Shown: one piece after another, positions 9,853-20,962 of the stretch
Numbering within the stretch: the first letter of the stretch is position 1
Layout of the letters: each line of letters starts with the position of its first letter
Translations under genes and position numbers: made by a program
Source of the DNA: Terriglobia bacterium
GTDB lineage: Bacteria > Acidobacteriota > Terriglobia > Acidiferrales > UBA7541
Length of the DNA stretch: 64,000 nt
Direction: 5' to 3'
Assembly: GCA_963695545.1 (NCBI GenBank)
Contig: OY968796.1
Coordinates: forward strand, 2,176,001-2,240,000
The notes under the pieces: generated by a model
What the model saw: only the letters and a program-made list of their open reading frames with translations
Told to the model about the DNA's origin: nothing
Databases searched by the model: none

Positions 9853-11427
9853 ATGCGCGTCGCTGCCATTCTGTTGTTCGTCGTGTTGACCGGCACGGGC
9901 GGTGAAATCGCGCTGGCTCACGCCATGAAAATTGTGGGCGAAGTGCAAACGCTCGGGCTGCGGGATGTGCTGCGCGTGGTCGCGCGCGCGTTTACGGTCG
10001 GCTGGCTGTGGCTGGGAATTGGCCTCATGGCCGCTTCGTTCTTCGCGTTCCTCACGATGCTTTCGTGGTACGAGGTCAGCTTCGTCGTTCCGGCAACTTC
10101 GCTAGCTTATGTCGCCGGCGCCATCGGCGCGTGGTTGCTGTTGCGTGAACATTTGAGCGCGGGACGCTGGTCCGGGATTCTGCTGATTTGCTGCGGCGTG
10201 GCTTTCGCCTGGGCGGATCGCACACCGGCGTGGCTCACTGCGCACAACGTGGTTCACGCCCTGCGCTGGATTGTTCTCGCTGCGGCGCTTGGCCCGCTTT
10301 TCTACTACGCCGTGGGAACATTTGCAGCATGGCGATTTTTTCGCTGGGCGCATCGCGAAGCGCGAGCGAGCGCCGCGGATCGCGTTGCGCCGGCCGCATC
10401 GCGTCCCGCGAGTATTCTGAAGCCGCTGCGAGGACTCGATCCCGAGGCGTACGAAAACTTCGCAAGCTTTTGCCTGCAGGATTATCCCGAGTACGAAATT
10501 CTTTTTGCGGTAAGCGACGCGAGCGATCCCGCCGCGCAAGTCGTCGAGCGCTTGATCGCCGACTTTCCGGAGCGCGCCATTCGTTTGATCGTGACGGGCG
10601 CGGCGGCCGGCGCGAATATCAAAGTCTCAAATCTTTGCCGGCTCGTGCGCGAAGCGCGCTACGACTTGCTGGTCGAAAGCGATAGCGACGTGCGCGTCGC
10701 GCCGGATTATTTGCGCGGCGTCGCCGAGCGCATGGCCGAAGCCGGAGTTGGCGGCGTAACGTCGCTCTACCGCGGAATCGCCGCGCCCAACTTGGTGGCG
10801 GCGCTGGATTGCGTCGGTTCTTCAGCCGCATTTTGCGGGGCGGCGCTGGTGGCGCGTGAGCTTGAAGGTCTGAAATTCATGATGGGCTCGACGATCGCAG
10901 TCACGCGGCAGGTTCTTGCCGAAATCGGCGGATTCGAGGCGCTCGTCGAATTGCACTCCGACGATTACGAACTGGGACGCCGCATCGCCGCGCGCGGCTG
11001 GCGGATTGAATTGACGGCCGAGCCGGTGGAAATGATTTTTCCGAAGGAAACACTAGGCGGCTATCTGCGCCACGAACTGCGTTGGTTCATCGGCATTCGC
11101 CATGTTCGGCCGGGCGGTCACTTGGGCATGTTGTTCACGCACGGATTGCCTCTCGCGATTCTCGCGGCGCTGCTCGCGCCTTCGGCAGCCATCGCGGCGG
11201 CGTATCTCGGCGGCTACGCGGTTCTGCGGTTCGCGATGGCGTGGACCGTCGGCGTGTGGGGTTTGCGCGATCCGGTTGTGCGCCGCAACTGGTATCTTTT
11301 GCCGCTGCGCGATGCGCTCGCGTTCGTGGTGTGGCTCGCGAGTTTTGGAATGAATCGAATCGAATGGCGCGGCAATCGCTTTCGCTTGGAACGCGGGCGC
11401 ATGATTCCGCTCGCGCCGCGCGGTTGA
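9853..11427 (+). CDS. hpnI: Fusion of DMT/EamA domain and HpnI-like GT2/GT21 glycosyltransferase
   Basis: The first ~120 aa are DMT-like (LSWYEVSFVVPATS, LLREHLSAGRWSG). The rest has SILKPLRGLD, QDYPEYEILF, NIKVSNL, SDSDVRV and DDYELG. Confidence 0.8.
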   Translation: MRVAAILLFVVLTGTGGEIALAHAMKIVGEVQTLGLRDVLRVVARAFTVGWLWLGIGLMAASFFAFLTMLSWYEVSFVVPATSLAYVAGAIGAWLLLREHLSAGRWSGILLICCGVAFAWADRTPAWLTAHNVVHALRWIVLAAALGPLFYYAVGTFAAWRFFRWAHREARASAADRVAPAASRPASILKPLRGLDPEAYENFASFCLQDYPEYEILFAVSDASDPAAQVVERLIADFPERAIRLIVTGAAAGANIKVSNLCRLVREARYDLLVESDSDVRVAPDYLRGVAERMAEAGVGGVTSLYRGIAAPNLVAALDCVGSSAAFCGAALVARELEGLKFMMGSTIAVTRQVLAEIGGFEALVELHSDDYELGRRIAARGWRIELTAEPVEMIFPKETLGGYLRHELRWFIGIRHVRPGGHLGMLFTHGLPLAILAALLAPSAAIAAAYLGGYAVLRFAMAWTVGVWGLRDPVVRRNWYLLPLRDALAFVVWLASFGMNRIEWRGNRFRLERGRMIPLAPRG

Positions 11428-11519
11428 CGGCTCGCGCAATCCTGCATAAAGTAGTGTGCGGGTCGTGGCGCGATGATTCGAGTTGCGCACGGCCCGTTTC
11501 TGTCGCCGTGCCTCTCGGC

Positions 11520-11594
11520 TGGGAGGTCGTACAATCGGCAGTACATCAGATTCTGGATCTGATTATCCTGGTTCGAGTCCAGGCCTCCCAGCCA
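11520..11594 (+). tRNA. tRNA-Gln(CTG)
   Basis: Acceptor stem TGGGAGG/CCTCCCA, anticodon arm TCAGA-TTCTGGA-TCTGA, T-loop GGTTCGAGTCC, encoded CCA. Confidence 0.97.
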
Positions 11595-11666
11595 AACTAC
11601 TTCACGCTTACAGGCTGTTCGCCGTGGGACGACGCGGTCGGAGATGCGCGATTTGCGTGAGCGATC

Positions 11667-14330
11667 ATGACAGCTGAAGAATCCCGCCTGGAAGGATCCC
11701 GCAAGCGCACTTCGCATTGGAAGCGCTGGGGTCCGTATCTCTCCGAACGCCAATGGGGCACGGTGCGCGAGGATTACAGCGCGTACGGCACCGCCTGGGA
11801 ATATTTTTCGCACGATCACGCGCGTTCGCGCGCGTATCGCTGGGGCGAAGACGGCATTGCCGGCATTTCCGATCGCCATCAGCACATCTGCTTCGCGCTC
11901 GCCATGTGGAACACGCGCGACTCCATTCTGAAGGAGCGCCTGTTCGGCCTCACTGGAAACGAAGGCAATCACGGAGAAGACGTCAAAGAGTGTTACTTCT
12001 ATCTCGATTCCACACCGACGCATTCCTACATGAAATTTCTCTACAAATATCCTCAAGCTGCGTTCCCATATACGCAGTTGGTCGAAGAGAATCGCCGCAG
12101 GACGCGGATGGACCCGGAATACGAACTGCTGGACACCGGCGTTTTTGAGGAGAGCCGTTACTTCGACGTGTTCGTCGAATATGCGAAGCCATCCGTGGAA
12201 GAGATGCTGGTTCGCGTGACGGCGTTTAATCGCGGGCCCGAGAAGGCCGATCTGGCGTTGCTGCCGACGCTGTGGTTCCGCGACCTGTGGTCCTGGGGAC
12301 GCCGACCGGGGCGTCCGAAACTCTGGCGAGATAAGGAAATCGCCGACGGAGTGGTGATCGGAATCGACGAGTATCGCTACGGCAAGCGCTGGCTGGTGGC
12401 CGAAGGGCGCCCGGAACTGATCTTCACCGAAAATGAGACGAATTTTGCGCGCTTGTTCGGCATGCCGAACCGCACGCCGTACGCGAAGGACGCGTTCCAT
12501 GAATTCGTCGTGCACGGGAATAGCGCCGCCGTGAATCCAGCCGGCACGGGCACGAAGGTGGCGGCGCTCACGCGGCATTCGATTGCGCCGGGCGCGAGCG
12601 CGTCGGTGCGATTGCGATTTACAAATCGCGATCCCACAAAGAGTGCCGGGCCGAAGTCCGGCAAAATGTTTGGGAAGGACTTCGACGAGGTTTTCGCCCA
12701 CCGCATCGCCGAAGCTGACGAGTTTTACGCGGAGCGCATCTCGCCCGAGCTCACGCCCGATGCGCGAAGCGTGCAGCGGCAAGCGCTGGCCGGAATGCTG
12801 CTCACGAAGCAGTCCTATCACTATGAAGTGCGCACGTGGCTCGACGGCGATCCCGCATATTCGCCGCCTCCGCAGCAGCGCAAGCGGGGCCGCAACCACG
12901 ATTGGAAGCATTTGTACAACGCGGATGTGATCTCCATGCCCGACAAGTGGGAATATCCGTGGTACGCCGCGTGGGACCTGGCCTTTCACACGGTGGCGCT
13001 GACGCTTGTCGATCCGGACTTCGCGAAAGAACAGCTGATCCTGCTGCTACGCGAATGGTACATGCATCCGAGCGGAAAATTACCCGCGTATGAGTGGGCC
13101 TTCGACGACGTGAATCCGCCGGTGCACGCCTGGGCGGCGTGGCGCGTTTACAAAATCGAAAAAAGAATACGCGGGCGCGCCGACCGCAATTTTCTTCAGC
13201 GCGTGTTTCACAAACTGCTTCTGAATTTTACCTGGTGGGTGAACCGCAAAGACGTGAAGGGAATGAACGTGTTTGAGGGCGGGTTCCTGGGCCTCGACAA
13301 TATCGGCGTTTTCGACCGCTCGAAGCCGCTGCCGACCGGCGGGCACATGGAGCAGTCCGACGGCACGAGCTGGATGGGCATGTATTGCCTAAACATGCTG
13401 GCGATGGCGCTGGAACTCGCGCGCGACGACCCCGCCTACGAAGACGTGGCCAGCAAATTCCTCGAGCACTTCGTCTACATCGCGCAGGCCATGAACGAAC
13501 ACGGCGAGGACGGCACGTCACTATGGGATGAAGAGGACGGCTTTTACTACGACGCGCTGCATTTTCCCGATGGTTCGCAGCGCTTCATGAAAGTGCGCTC
13601 GATGGTGGGATTGATTCCACTGTTCGCCACGGAGACGCTGGAGCCGGAAATGCTTTCGTCGCTTCCCGGATTTACGGCACGCATGCAATGGTTTCTCGAC
13701 AATATGCCAGCGGTATCTCCCTACGTGGATATGAGCCAGAATTCGGCGGGCGGCCCGCGGCGATTGCTTTCGCTGGTGACGCGCCCGCGCCTTCTGCGCA
13801 TTCTGCACAAAATGCTGGATCGGGAGGAGTTCCTTTCCGACCACGGCATTCGATCGCTTTCGCGCATTCACCTGCAAAATCCCTACGTGCTGCGCATCGA
13901 CGGCACGGAGTATCGCGTGGGATATGAGCCGGGCGAGAGCACGACCGGGACGTTTGGCGGCAACTCGAACTGGCGAGGGCCGATTTGGTTCCCCGTGAAT
14001 TTCCTGCTCATCGAAGCGCTGCAAAAATTCCATTATTATTACGGCGATCAGCTCACCGTGGAATTTCCCACCGACTCTCGCCAGCCGATGAGCCTGTGGC
14101 AAGTTGCAGCCGAGCTTTCGCGCCGATTGACGCATATTTTTCTGCGCTCGAAGGACGGAGCGCGCCCTGTGTACGGCGGCTGCCAGACGTTTCAGTCCGA
14201 TCCACAATGGCGCGATTTGATATGGTTCTACGAATATTTCAACGGCGACACCGCCGCGGGCCTGGGCGCGAATCATCAGACGGGATGGACGGGCCTGGTG
14301 GCGAAATTGCTCGAGCAAAGCGGAGAATAA
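11667..14330 (+). CDS. MGH1-like glucosidase (GH63-related)
   Basis: [55 protein letters not shown]. Confidence 0.9.
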   Translation: MTAEESRLEGSRKRTSHWKRWGPYLSERQWGTVREDYSAYGTAWEYFSHDHARSRAYRWGEDGIAGISDRHQHICFALAMWNTRDSILKERLFGLTGNEGNHGEDVKECYFYLDSTPTHSYMKFLYKYPQAAFPYTQLVEENRRRTRMDPEYELLDTGVFEESRYFDVFVEYAKPSVEEMLVRVTAFNRGPEKADLALLPTLWFRDLWSWGRRPGRPKLWRDKEIADGVVIGIDEYRYGKRWLVAEGRPELIFTENETNFARLFGMPNRTPYAKDAFHEFVVHGNSAAVNPAGTGTKVAALTRHSIAPGASASVRLRFTNRDPTKSAGPKSGKMFGKDFDEVFAHRIAEADEFYAERISPELTPDARSVQRQALAGMLLTKQSYHYEVRTWLDGDPAYSPPPQQRKRGRNHDWKHLYNADVISMPDKWEYPWYAAWDLAFHTVALTLVDPDFAKEQLILLLREWYMHPSGKLPAYEWAFDDVNPPVHAWAAWRVYKIEKRIRGRADRNFLQRVFHKLLLNFTWWVNRKDVKGMNVFEGGFLGLDNIGVFDRSKPLPTGGHMEQSDGTSWMGMYCLNMLAMALELARDDPAYEDVASKFLEHFVYIAQAMNEHGEDGTSLWDEEDGFYYDALHFPDGSQRFMKVRSMVGLIPLFATETLEPEMLSSLPGFTARMQWFLDNMPAVSPYVDMSQNSAGGPRRLLSLVTRPRLLRILHKMLDREEFLSDHGIRSLSRIHLQNPYVLRIDGTEYRVGYEPGESTTGTFGGNSNWRGPIWFPVNFLLIEALQKFHYYYGDQLTVEFPTDSRQPMSLWQVAAELSRRLTHIFLRSKDGARPVYGGCQTFQSDPQWRDLIWFYEYFNGDTAAGLGANHQTGWTGLVAKLLEQSGE

Positions 14331-14333
14331 CCG

Positions 14334-15050
14334 GTGCCATTTGACGACAAAGTCGTGCTGGTCGCGGGCGGAACCGGGGCATTGGGCCGGGAAGTGGCCA
14401 TGGCCTTTCTGGAAGCGGGCGCGCGCGTCGCGGTCACCTATCAGCACGAGGAAGAGTTTGCCGCGTTCGTCGCGGCGGCCGAGCGAACCGGCTCGGCTGT
14501 GCCGGAGGGCGCGTCACTCGACGTGACCGATCTTGCGGCAGTCGAAAAATATGTTGCCGAGCTTGCGGCGCGGTACGGGCGCCTCGATATCCTGGTGAAT
14601 GCGGTGGGCGGCTACGCGGGCGGCAAGAATGTTTGGGAAGCGGGCGCCGCGGACTACGATCGGATGATGACGCTCAATTTCAAATCAGGGTTCGCTCTCG
14701 CGCACGGCGTTGTTCCGGTGATGATCCGGCAGAATCGCGGCTGGATCGTCAACGTGGCGTCCAAAGCGGCATACGGACATTCGCCGGGCGCGGCGTTGTA
14801 CGCGGCGTCAAAAGCCGCGGCGCTGGTGCTGATCGAATCGCTAGCCGAAGAGGTGAAGCCTTACAACATCAACGTGAATTCGATCGTGCCGTCGATCTTC
14901 GATACCGCGGCCAATCGCCGCGCGATGCCCAAGGCCGACTTCTCCAAATGGCCGAAACCTGAGGAGATCGCTCGCGTTGTGTTATTTTTGTGCTCGGAAG
15001 ATGCGCGGCTGATTAATGGCGCCGCAATTCCGGTTTACGGCCGCAGCTAG
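14334..15050 (+). CDS. SDR family oxidoreductase
   Basis: GGTGALG Rossmann motif; catalytic YAASK. Confidence 0.9.
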   Translation: MPFDDKVVLVAGGTGALGREVAMAFLEAGARVAVTYQHEEEFAAFVAAAERTGSAVPEGASLDVTDLAAVEKYVAELAARYGRLDILVNAVGGYAGGKNVWEAGAADYDRMMTLNFKSGFALAHGVVPVMIRQNRGWIVNVASKAAYGHSPGAALYAASKAAALVLIESLAEEVKPYNINVNSIVPSIFDTAANRRAMPKADFSKWPKPEEIARVVLFLCSEDARLINGAAIPVYGRS

Positions 15051-15059
15051 GGAGCGCCG

Positions 15060-15641
15060 CTAAGATCGACGCGCTTCTTCTTCCAGCTCGATTAGGATTT
15101 TCTTTCCCTGCGCGGCGTCGACCAGAAAAAAATTGATGCGCGCGCGATCCGCGCCCGGGCGCGCTTGCGGATAAATCGGCTGGAGCGCGAATCGCGATTT
15201 CAGTATCTCGGTCGCGCGATCCACGTCCGACGTCGCGATCTCAGTGTGCTGGATGTTGCTGCCAAATTTCCTGAGAAAGCGCGCGATCGCGCCGTCGCCC
15301 GAAGCGTCGCGAGTGGTCAGCACTTCGATACGCGCTTCCACTCCAACATTGACATGAAATTCCAGCGCGTCTTGCTCCGGCGGCACGTCGGCGAGGCGCG
15401 GCGATCCGTTGGCGCTGCGAATTGCGGCGAAGCGACCGGGCTCGACCGCGAGTCCGGCGGTGAATATGGGCGCGCTAATTAGGCGGGCAAATTCGGGATC
15501 CTGCGACCACGCGCGCACAAGTGGCTCGGCTGTATCGCACGCGATGCGGAAAATTGAGAGCGCGGCGGCTTCGCGTTGGTCGCGGCGCGCGCTTGCGAGC
15601 GATGAAATCGCCGCGGCGATGGCATCTTCGCGCTCGGACAT
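15060..15641 (-). CDS. Hypothetical protein with VOC/glyoxalase-like C-terminus
   Basis: AIARFLRKFGSNIQHTEIATSDVD...KILIELEE resembles methylmalonyl-CoA epimerase-like VOC proteins. Confidence 0.6.
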   Translation of the reverse strand: MSEREDAIAAAISSLASARRDQREAAALSIFRIACDTAEPLVRAWSQDPEFARLISAPIFTAGLAVEPGRFAAIRSANGSPRLADVPPEQDALEFHVNVGVEARIEVLTTRDASGDGAIARFLRKFGSNIQHTEIATSDVDRATEILKSRFALQPIYPQARPGADRARINFFLVDAAQGKKILIELEEEARRS

Positions 15642-15646
15642 TCGCG

Positions 15647-16564
15647 TTACTGCGCGGGCATTACGGGTGCGGTGGCGTTCAGGTTCGTGAGCTGAATATC
15701 AGTTGTCTGGCCGGCGCGCACGGGAATCTCGACATCCCACGCTTGGCGGATGTCTCCGGCTTGCGCGACGGCGCTGAGCGTGCCGAGCCAGTAGTCGCCC
15801 GGAGGAACGGCGCTCATCGAGCCGCGACCGTCGAGATCGGAATCGGTCTGGGCCGCAAGGTACTCGGTCTGCGCCAGGCGCAGCGTGCGCTTCTCGACGC
15901 GGTCGCGTTCGGCCGCGACTAACGCGTACCATTTTTGGCTGGCATTCAGATCGGTGAGTTCCGCGTCCATACCGTCCTTGCTTGTGGGGTTGGTGACCGC
16001 GAAGTGGAGCACGGCCGCACGGTACTCTTTTAATTCGAGAGCATATTTGTCTGGATCCTTCTGCAAATCGCCCTCGTGATATTTCGGTTCGGGGAATCCG
16101 GAACCCGGCAGGCCGGAATTGTAGGTCACATAAGCCTTCATGAATTCCGGAACGTCAAGAATCGCTTCCGGCGTGAGCTTATGCGTGAAGTCCGAACCCG
16201 CAAGCTCCACCGATTGATTTGTTTTCATCCAGGCTTTCAGTTCCGGCGAAACCGTGAGCGCGTCGATGAACGCGTCGAGCTGCGGCGGCGGATCGGCGGC
16301 CTGCACTTCGGCGTGGAGATCGGCCAGGCTTCTGCGCAAAAGATAAAACGTGAATTGGCGCACGGGCTGGGGCCGTCCGTCGGTTGGCGTCACGCTGGCG
16401 ACGAATTCAACCGAGCCGGTCGGCGCGGCTTGTTGCTGCGATGCCGCGTTTTGCGCGCGCGCAACGGTCCAGCTGCCCAGCGCGACGAGCGCGGCAATTG
16501 CCAATCCGGCGCGCTGGAGCGGACGGGTGCGATTCATAAATTTATCGGTGTGCATGCGATTCAT
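15647..16564 (-). CDS. Secreted hypothetical protein
   Basis: Signal peptide ending ARA-Q; tightly spaced between the tonB-like gene and the next ORF. Confidence 0.7.
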   Translation of the reverse strand: MNRMHTDKFMNRTRPLQRAGLAIAALVALGSWTVARAQNAASQQQAAPTGSVEFVASVTPTDGRPQPVRQFTFYLLRRSLADLHAEVQAADPPPQLDAFIDALTVSPELKAWMKTNQSVELAGSDFTHKLTPEAILDVPEFMKAYVTYNSGLPGSGFPEPKYHEGDLQKDPDKYALELKEYRAAVLHFAVTNPTSKDGMDAELTDLNASQKWYALVAAERDRVEKRTLRLAQTEYLAAQTDSDLDGRGSMSAVPPGDYWLGTLSAVAQAGDIRQAWDVEIPVRAGQTTDIQLTNLNATAPVMPAQ

Positions 16565-16628
16565 CCTAGCAGAACTGCGGAAGAATTTTGATGCGCGGCG
16601 CGCGCGAGATCGCGCGTGTGATACTAGG

Positions 16629-17837
16629 TCACAGCAGACGGAAAGTGACTTCGATCTCCGTGAGCGTGGCCACCGGCTTGCCGTCCGGGCCAGACGCAGG
16701 TTTGAAGCGCCAACCCTTCACGGCCTCGACCGCTTGCTCATCGAGACCCAGGCCCAGGCCCTTCACGACCTGAATCTGAATTCCGCGGCCGTCAGGCGTG
16801 ATGATGGCTTGCAGAAGAACCGTGCCCTGATATTTTGCCTTGCGCGCTTCATCGGAAAAACTCGGACGCGGGCAGTAGAGGCAAGTGGGGTAGCCGACTC
16901 CGCCGGTTCCGGGGCGGAAAACTCCGCCGCCCGTGCCGCCGCCTTCGCCGGGACCGACGCCGCCGCCTTCACCGCTGCCAACGCCGCCGCCGTTACCGCT
17001 TCCGATTCCTGAGCCCGTGCCGGTGCCGCTCGAGTCGGTGACCGAAGCCGCGAGCGGATCGCCGTAGTTCGGCATGTTGGGGCTCGGCAGCTTCAAATCG
17101 GGCGGACCGAGAACGGTGGGCACGGCGGGCAGCCGCGGGTTCGGATTCTTGATCACCACCATCGGCGGCGTCAGCTGCGTCATGGAAAATTTCGGCAACT
17201 TGCCCTTGGAGGCCGCGACTAAGCTGTGCTCGCCACCACCGCCGCCGCCGCCCGCTGGTTTCGCGCCGGCCGGAAGCTTGGCCTCGTAAGGCGAGACGTC
17301 CGTATCATAAAGCATGGCCTTCACGGTCGGATTGCTGCCTGAAACCACGTGATGGATCAGCGGCACAACAAGCAAGACGATCAGCACGAGGTGCACGGCG
17401 AGCGAAATCCCCTGCGACGGACCGAAGGCTTTGTTGCGGCTCCAAATTTCTTTCACTTTTACGGGCTGGCTCGTGACCTTGAGCGGCGGCAACTTCGGCG
17501 GCGAGATTGCGTCGCGCAGATTTTGCAAAAATGTGCGGTGCCACGCCTGCCAATCGACGGACATGCGCGACGGCGCGGCGCCGCGGGCGATTCTGGGACC
17601 GCTGCTGAAATATTCCTTGAGGTTGGCTATGAAACCGGTGCCGAAACCCTCCTGGGTGAAGGCGGTGGGTCCGCTGCCGCTCACTCTCACGGGGCGCTCG
17701 GTCAAGAATTCCTTTACGTTGGAAATGAAGCCATCGGAGAGCGCGCGGTCGGCGGCGCCAAAATGAGGCGAGTTCTCACCGGCGGGCAAGTTGACTCCCT
17801 TGCCGGTTGATCCTGTGAGGTTTAAATCGTCTGCCAT
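16629..17837 (-). CDS. Energy transducer TonB family protein
   Basis: Transmembrane helix, Pro/Gly-rich linker and TonB C-terminal domain (FSDEARKAKYQGTV...GLDEQAVEAVKGWRFKPA). Confidence 0.88.
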   Translation of the reverse strand: MADDLNLTGSTGKGVNLPAGENSPHFGAADRALSDGFISNVKEFLTERPVRVSGSGPTAFTQEGFGTGFIANLKEYFSSGPRIARGAAPSRMSVDWQAWHRTFLQNLRDAISPPKLPPLKVTSQPVKVKEIWSRNKAFGPSQGISLAVHLVLIVLLVVPLIHHVVSGSNPTVKAMLYDTDVSPYEAKLPAGAKPAGGGGGGGEHSLVAASKGKLPKFSMTQLTPPMVVIKNPNPRLPAVPTVLGPPDLKLPSPNMPNYGDPLAASVTDSSGTGTGSGIGSGNGGGVGSGEGGGVGPGEGGGTGGGVFRPGTGGVGYPTCLYCPRPSFSDEARKAKYQGTVLLQAIITPDGRGIQIQVVKGLGLGLDEQAVEAVKGWRFKPASGPDGKPVATLTEIEVTFRLL

Positions 17838-18094
17838 GTCAGTTGTATAGCCTATTCGAGGCCCTTGTGTCTCTGGCGTTCCGGCTCACTGCACAGCTTA
17901 GATTCTACCCTGCCAGAAAGGATGCCTCCCGCCCGAAGCTGACACGCTGGGTAATCCATTGTAACATACGACGTTTCCGTCGGCAGGCTGGTTTCCCGTG
18001 TGGGCCTGGCCAGCGCCCGCGCGGCGCCCCGCGCGTGTAGTGTAGTATAGACGAGGCGCGCAAATCCTGTCCTGCGAATCGGACACTCCAAAAA

Positions 18095-20962
18095 ATGCCC
18101 AAGACATCGGACCTCAAGAGCACGCTCAACCTGCCGCGCACGGCCTTCCCCATGAAGGCCAATCTTCCCCAGAACGAGCCGAAGCAATTGGCCGAGTGGG
18201 AGGCCGCGGGTCTCTACCACCGCATCCAGAAGGCGCGCGCGGGGGCACCCAGCTACGTGCTGCACGACGGGCCGCCCTACCCGACCGGCACAATACACCT
18301 GGGCACGGCTCTGAACAAGATTTTGAAGGACATGGTTGTGAAATCGAAAACCATGGCTGGTTTTCGTTCGCCATTCGTGCCGGGGTGGGATTGCCACGGA
18401 TTGCCGATCGAAACGCAGGTGGAAAAAGAACTGGGCCGCAAGGGCGCGGTGAGCCCGGCTGAGTTCCGCGAGAAGTGCCGCGAGTTCGCATTGAAATACG
18501 TCGACCAGCACCGCCGGGATTTCAAGCGGCTGGGCGTTTTCGGGCAGTGGGAAAAGCCGTATTTGACGATGAACCCGGAGTATGAGGCGTGCGTGGCGGA
18601 CGCGTTTCTGACTTTTTTGGAAAAGGGATATGCGTATCGGGGTTTGAAGCCGGTCTATTGGTGCATTCACGATCAGACGGCTCTCGCCGAAGCGGAAGTC
18701 GAATACGAAGATCACGCGAGCCCTTCGATCTGGGTGCGCTACAAAGTTTTGGAATCGCGCGTGCCTCAGGTCGGCGGCTCTGGCGCTTTGTACGCGCTGG
18801 TTTGGACCACGACGCCGTGGACGTTGCCGTCCAGCATGGCGCTCGCGTTCCATCCGGATTTTTCTTACGTCGTCGCGCGCGATCCGAAAACGGGCGATGC
18901 TTATCTGCTGGCGCTCGATTTATTGTCGAGCGCGTCGCGAGAAACCGGTCTTGAGCTCGAACCCGTAGGCGAAGCGTTTTACGGAAACCTTCTCGAGGGC
19001 GCGAAATTCCAGCATCCGTTTCTCGATCGCGTGATTCCGGGCGTTCTCGGCAAGCACGTCACGCTTGAACAAGGCAGTGGCATCGTGCACACCGCGCCGG
19101 GACATGGCGCGGAAGATTTTGTCGTCGGCCAGGAGTATGGCCTCGAAACTTATGCTCCGCTCGATAACGCCGGGCGATTCACAGAGGGTTTGCCGGAATA
19201 CAAAGGGAAGTCGGTCTTCGAGGCCAATCCGCTGATCATCGATCTGCTCGAGCGACGCGGCGCGCTGGTCTACCAAACGAAATTGTCGCATAGCTATCCG
19301 CATTGCTGGCGCTGCCACAATCCGGTGATTTTCCGCGCGACCGAACAATGGTTTTTTCGCTTGGATGCGGCGAGCAAAACTCCGGGCGCTGCGCCTGGCA
19401 CTTTGCGCGAGCGCGCGCTGGCCGAAATTCCGCGCATCACCTGGACGCCCGCGTGGGGCAATGAGCGTATGCGGCAGATGGTGGCCGAGCGGCCCGATTG
19501 GTGCGTCTCGCGCCAGCGCTTTTGGGGCGTGCCGATTGTTGTTTTCTACTGCGCGGCATGCAACAAGCGCCTTGAGGATGTGAAGGTGCTGCGCAGCGTC
19601 ATCGAATGGTTCAAGCGCGAAGGCGCCGACGCGTGGTTTTCGCATTCGGCCGAAGAACTTCTGCCGGCGGGAACGCGCTGCTCGTGCGGCGGCGCGAAGT
19701 GGCGCAAGGAAAACGACATTCTCGATGTTTGGTTCGATTCCGGCTGCTCAAATCTCACTGTGTTGGGATCGGCCGAGTTGCCGTGGCCCGCGGATTTGTA
19801 TCTCGAAGGGCCGGATCAATTCCGCGGGTGGTTTCACAGTTCGCTGCTGGTTGCGGAAGGCGTGCGCGAGGCGTCTCCGTACAAGAACGTGCTTACTTAC
19901 GGATGGGCGCTCGACGAAAAGGGGCGGCCGATGTCGAAGTCGCTCGGCAACGTCGTGCTGCCGAGTGAGGTCAGCGAGAAGTGGGGCGCGGATCTGCTGC
20001 GCCTGTGGGTGGCTGCGCATGACTACACGGCCGACATCTGGATGTCCGAAAACGGAATGCAGCAGCTCGCGGAATCGTACCGGAAAATCCGCAACACGTT
20101 TCGCTTCGTCCTCGGAAATCTCTCCGATTTCGATCCGGGCCGCGACGCGCTGCCCGACGCGCAGCTCGAAGAATTTGACCGCTACATGCTGGCGCGCACG
20201 GCCGATCTGGTCGAGCGCTGCCGCGCGTGGTACGAATCGTTCGAGTTTCATCGCGTGTTTCACGCCGTGTACGATTTCGCGGCGGTCGATTTGAGCGCGT
20301 TCTATTTCGACATTTTGAAGGATCGGCTTTACACCTTCGCGCCGCGCAATCGCGCACGGCGCTCGGCGCAGACCGCTGTCTATCGCATTGCGAGCGCGCT
20401 TTTGCGCTTAATCGCGCCACTCTTGGTTTTCACAGCAGAGGAAATTTGGCGGGAATTCCCGCGCGGCGCCGACGCCAGCGACCGGGAGAGCGTTCACCTC
20501 GCGCTTTTCCCGTCGCCCGGCGAGTTGGGCGCGCCACTCGATCAGGCCGCGCGGGCCAACTGGGATCGCCTGCTCGAAGTGCGCACCGAAGTGCTGCGCG
20601 CGCTTGAAGCCGCGCGCAATGCAAAAACGATCTCGTCGGGCCTTGAGGCCAAAGTGATTATCGAGGCCGGTCCAGATTTGGAGCGCTTGCTCACGAAGTA
20701 CGCCGGATCGTTGCCGGCACTTTTTCTGGTTTCGCAGGTGGAATCGAAAAAGTCGCAGCTTGCAATCCCGGTCGACATCCCCGTGCATGTCGAGCGAGCC
20801 GAAGGCGCGAAGTGTGAGCGCTGCTGGAATTATTCGATTCACGTCGGCGAAAACGCCGCATATCCCACCATTTGCGAACGCTGCACCGCGGCGCTTGCCG
20901 AAATCGAGCGCGATCCCGCGCGCGGCACTGATGGCGCGGCGCCCGGAGCCGCGTCCAAATGA
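18095..20962 (+). CDS. ileS: Isoleucine--tRNA ligase
   Basis: LHDGPPY, HLGT (HIGH-like), PGWDCHGLP, WCVSRQRFWG, PMSKS, and C-terminal zinc motif CERCW...CERC. Confidence 0.97.
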   Translation: MPKTSDLKSTLNLPRTAFPMKANLPQNEPKQLAEWEAAGLYHRIQKARAGAPSYVLHDGPPYPTGTIHLGTALNKILKDMVVKSKTMAGFRSPFVPGWDCHGLPIETQVEKELGRKGAVSPAEFREKCREFALKYVDQHRRDFKRLGVFGQWEKPYLTMNPEYEACVADAFLTFLEKGYAYRGLKPVYWCIHDQTALAEAEVEYEDHASPSIWVRYKVLESRVPQVGGSGALYALVWTTTPWTLPSSMALAFHPDFSYVVARDPKTGDAYLLALDLLSSASRETGLELEPVGEAFYGNLLEGAKFQHPFLDRVIPGVLGKHVTLEQGSGIVHTAPGHGAEDFVVGQEYGLETYAPLDNAGRFTEGLPEYKGKSVFEANPLIIDLLERRGALVYQTKLSHSYPHCWRCHNPVIFRATEQWFFRLDAASKTPGAAPGTLRERALAEIPRITWTPAWGNERMRQMVAERPDWCVSRQRFWGVPIVVFYCAACNKRLEDVKVLRSVIEWFKREGADAWFSHSAEELLPAGTRCSCGGAKWRKENDILDVWFDSGCSNLTVLGSAELPWPADLYLEGPDQFRGWFHSSLLVAEGVREASPYKNVLTYGWALDEKGRPMSKSLGNVVLPSEVSEKWGADLLRLWVAAHDYTADIWMSENGMQQLAESYRKIRNTFRFVLGNLSDFDPGRDALPDAQLEEFDRYMLARTADLVERCRAWYESFEFHRVFHAVYDFAAVDLSAFYFDILKDRLYTFAPRNRARRSAQTAVYRIASALLRLIAPLLVFTAEEIWREFPRGADASDRESVHLALFPSPGELGAPLDQAARANWDRLLEVRTEVLRALEAARNAKTISSGLEAKVIIEAGPDLERLLTKYAGSLPALFLVSQVESKKSQLAIPVDIPVHVERAEGAKCERCWNYSIHVGENAAYPTICERCTAALAEIERDPARGTDGAAPGAASK

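Noticed and set aside
11520..11594. tRNA-Gln as an island integration site
   Set aside because: No integrase nearby, and I saw no duplicated tRNA 3' end in the window
17840..18094. T-box or riboswitch upstream of ileS
   Set aside because: No T-box consensus or terminator/antiterminator recognised; it looks like a divergent promoter region
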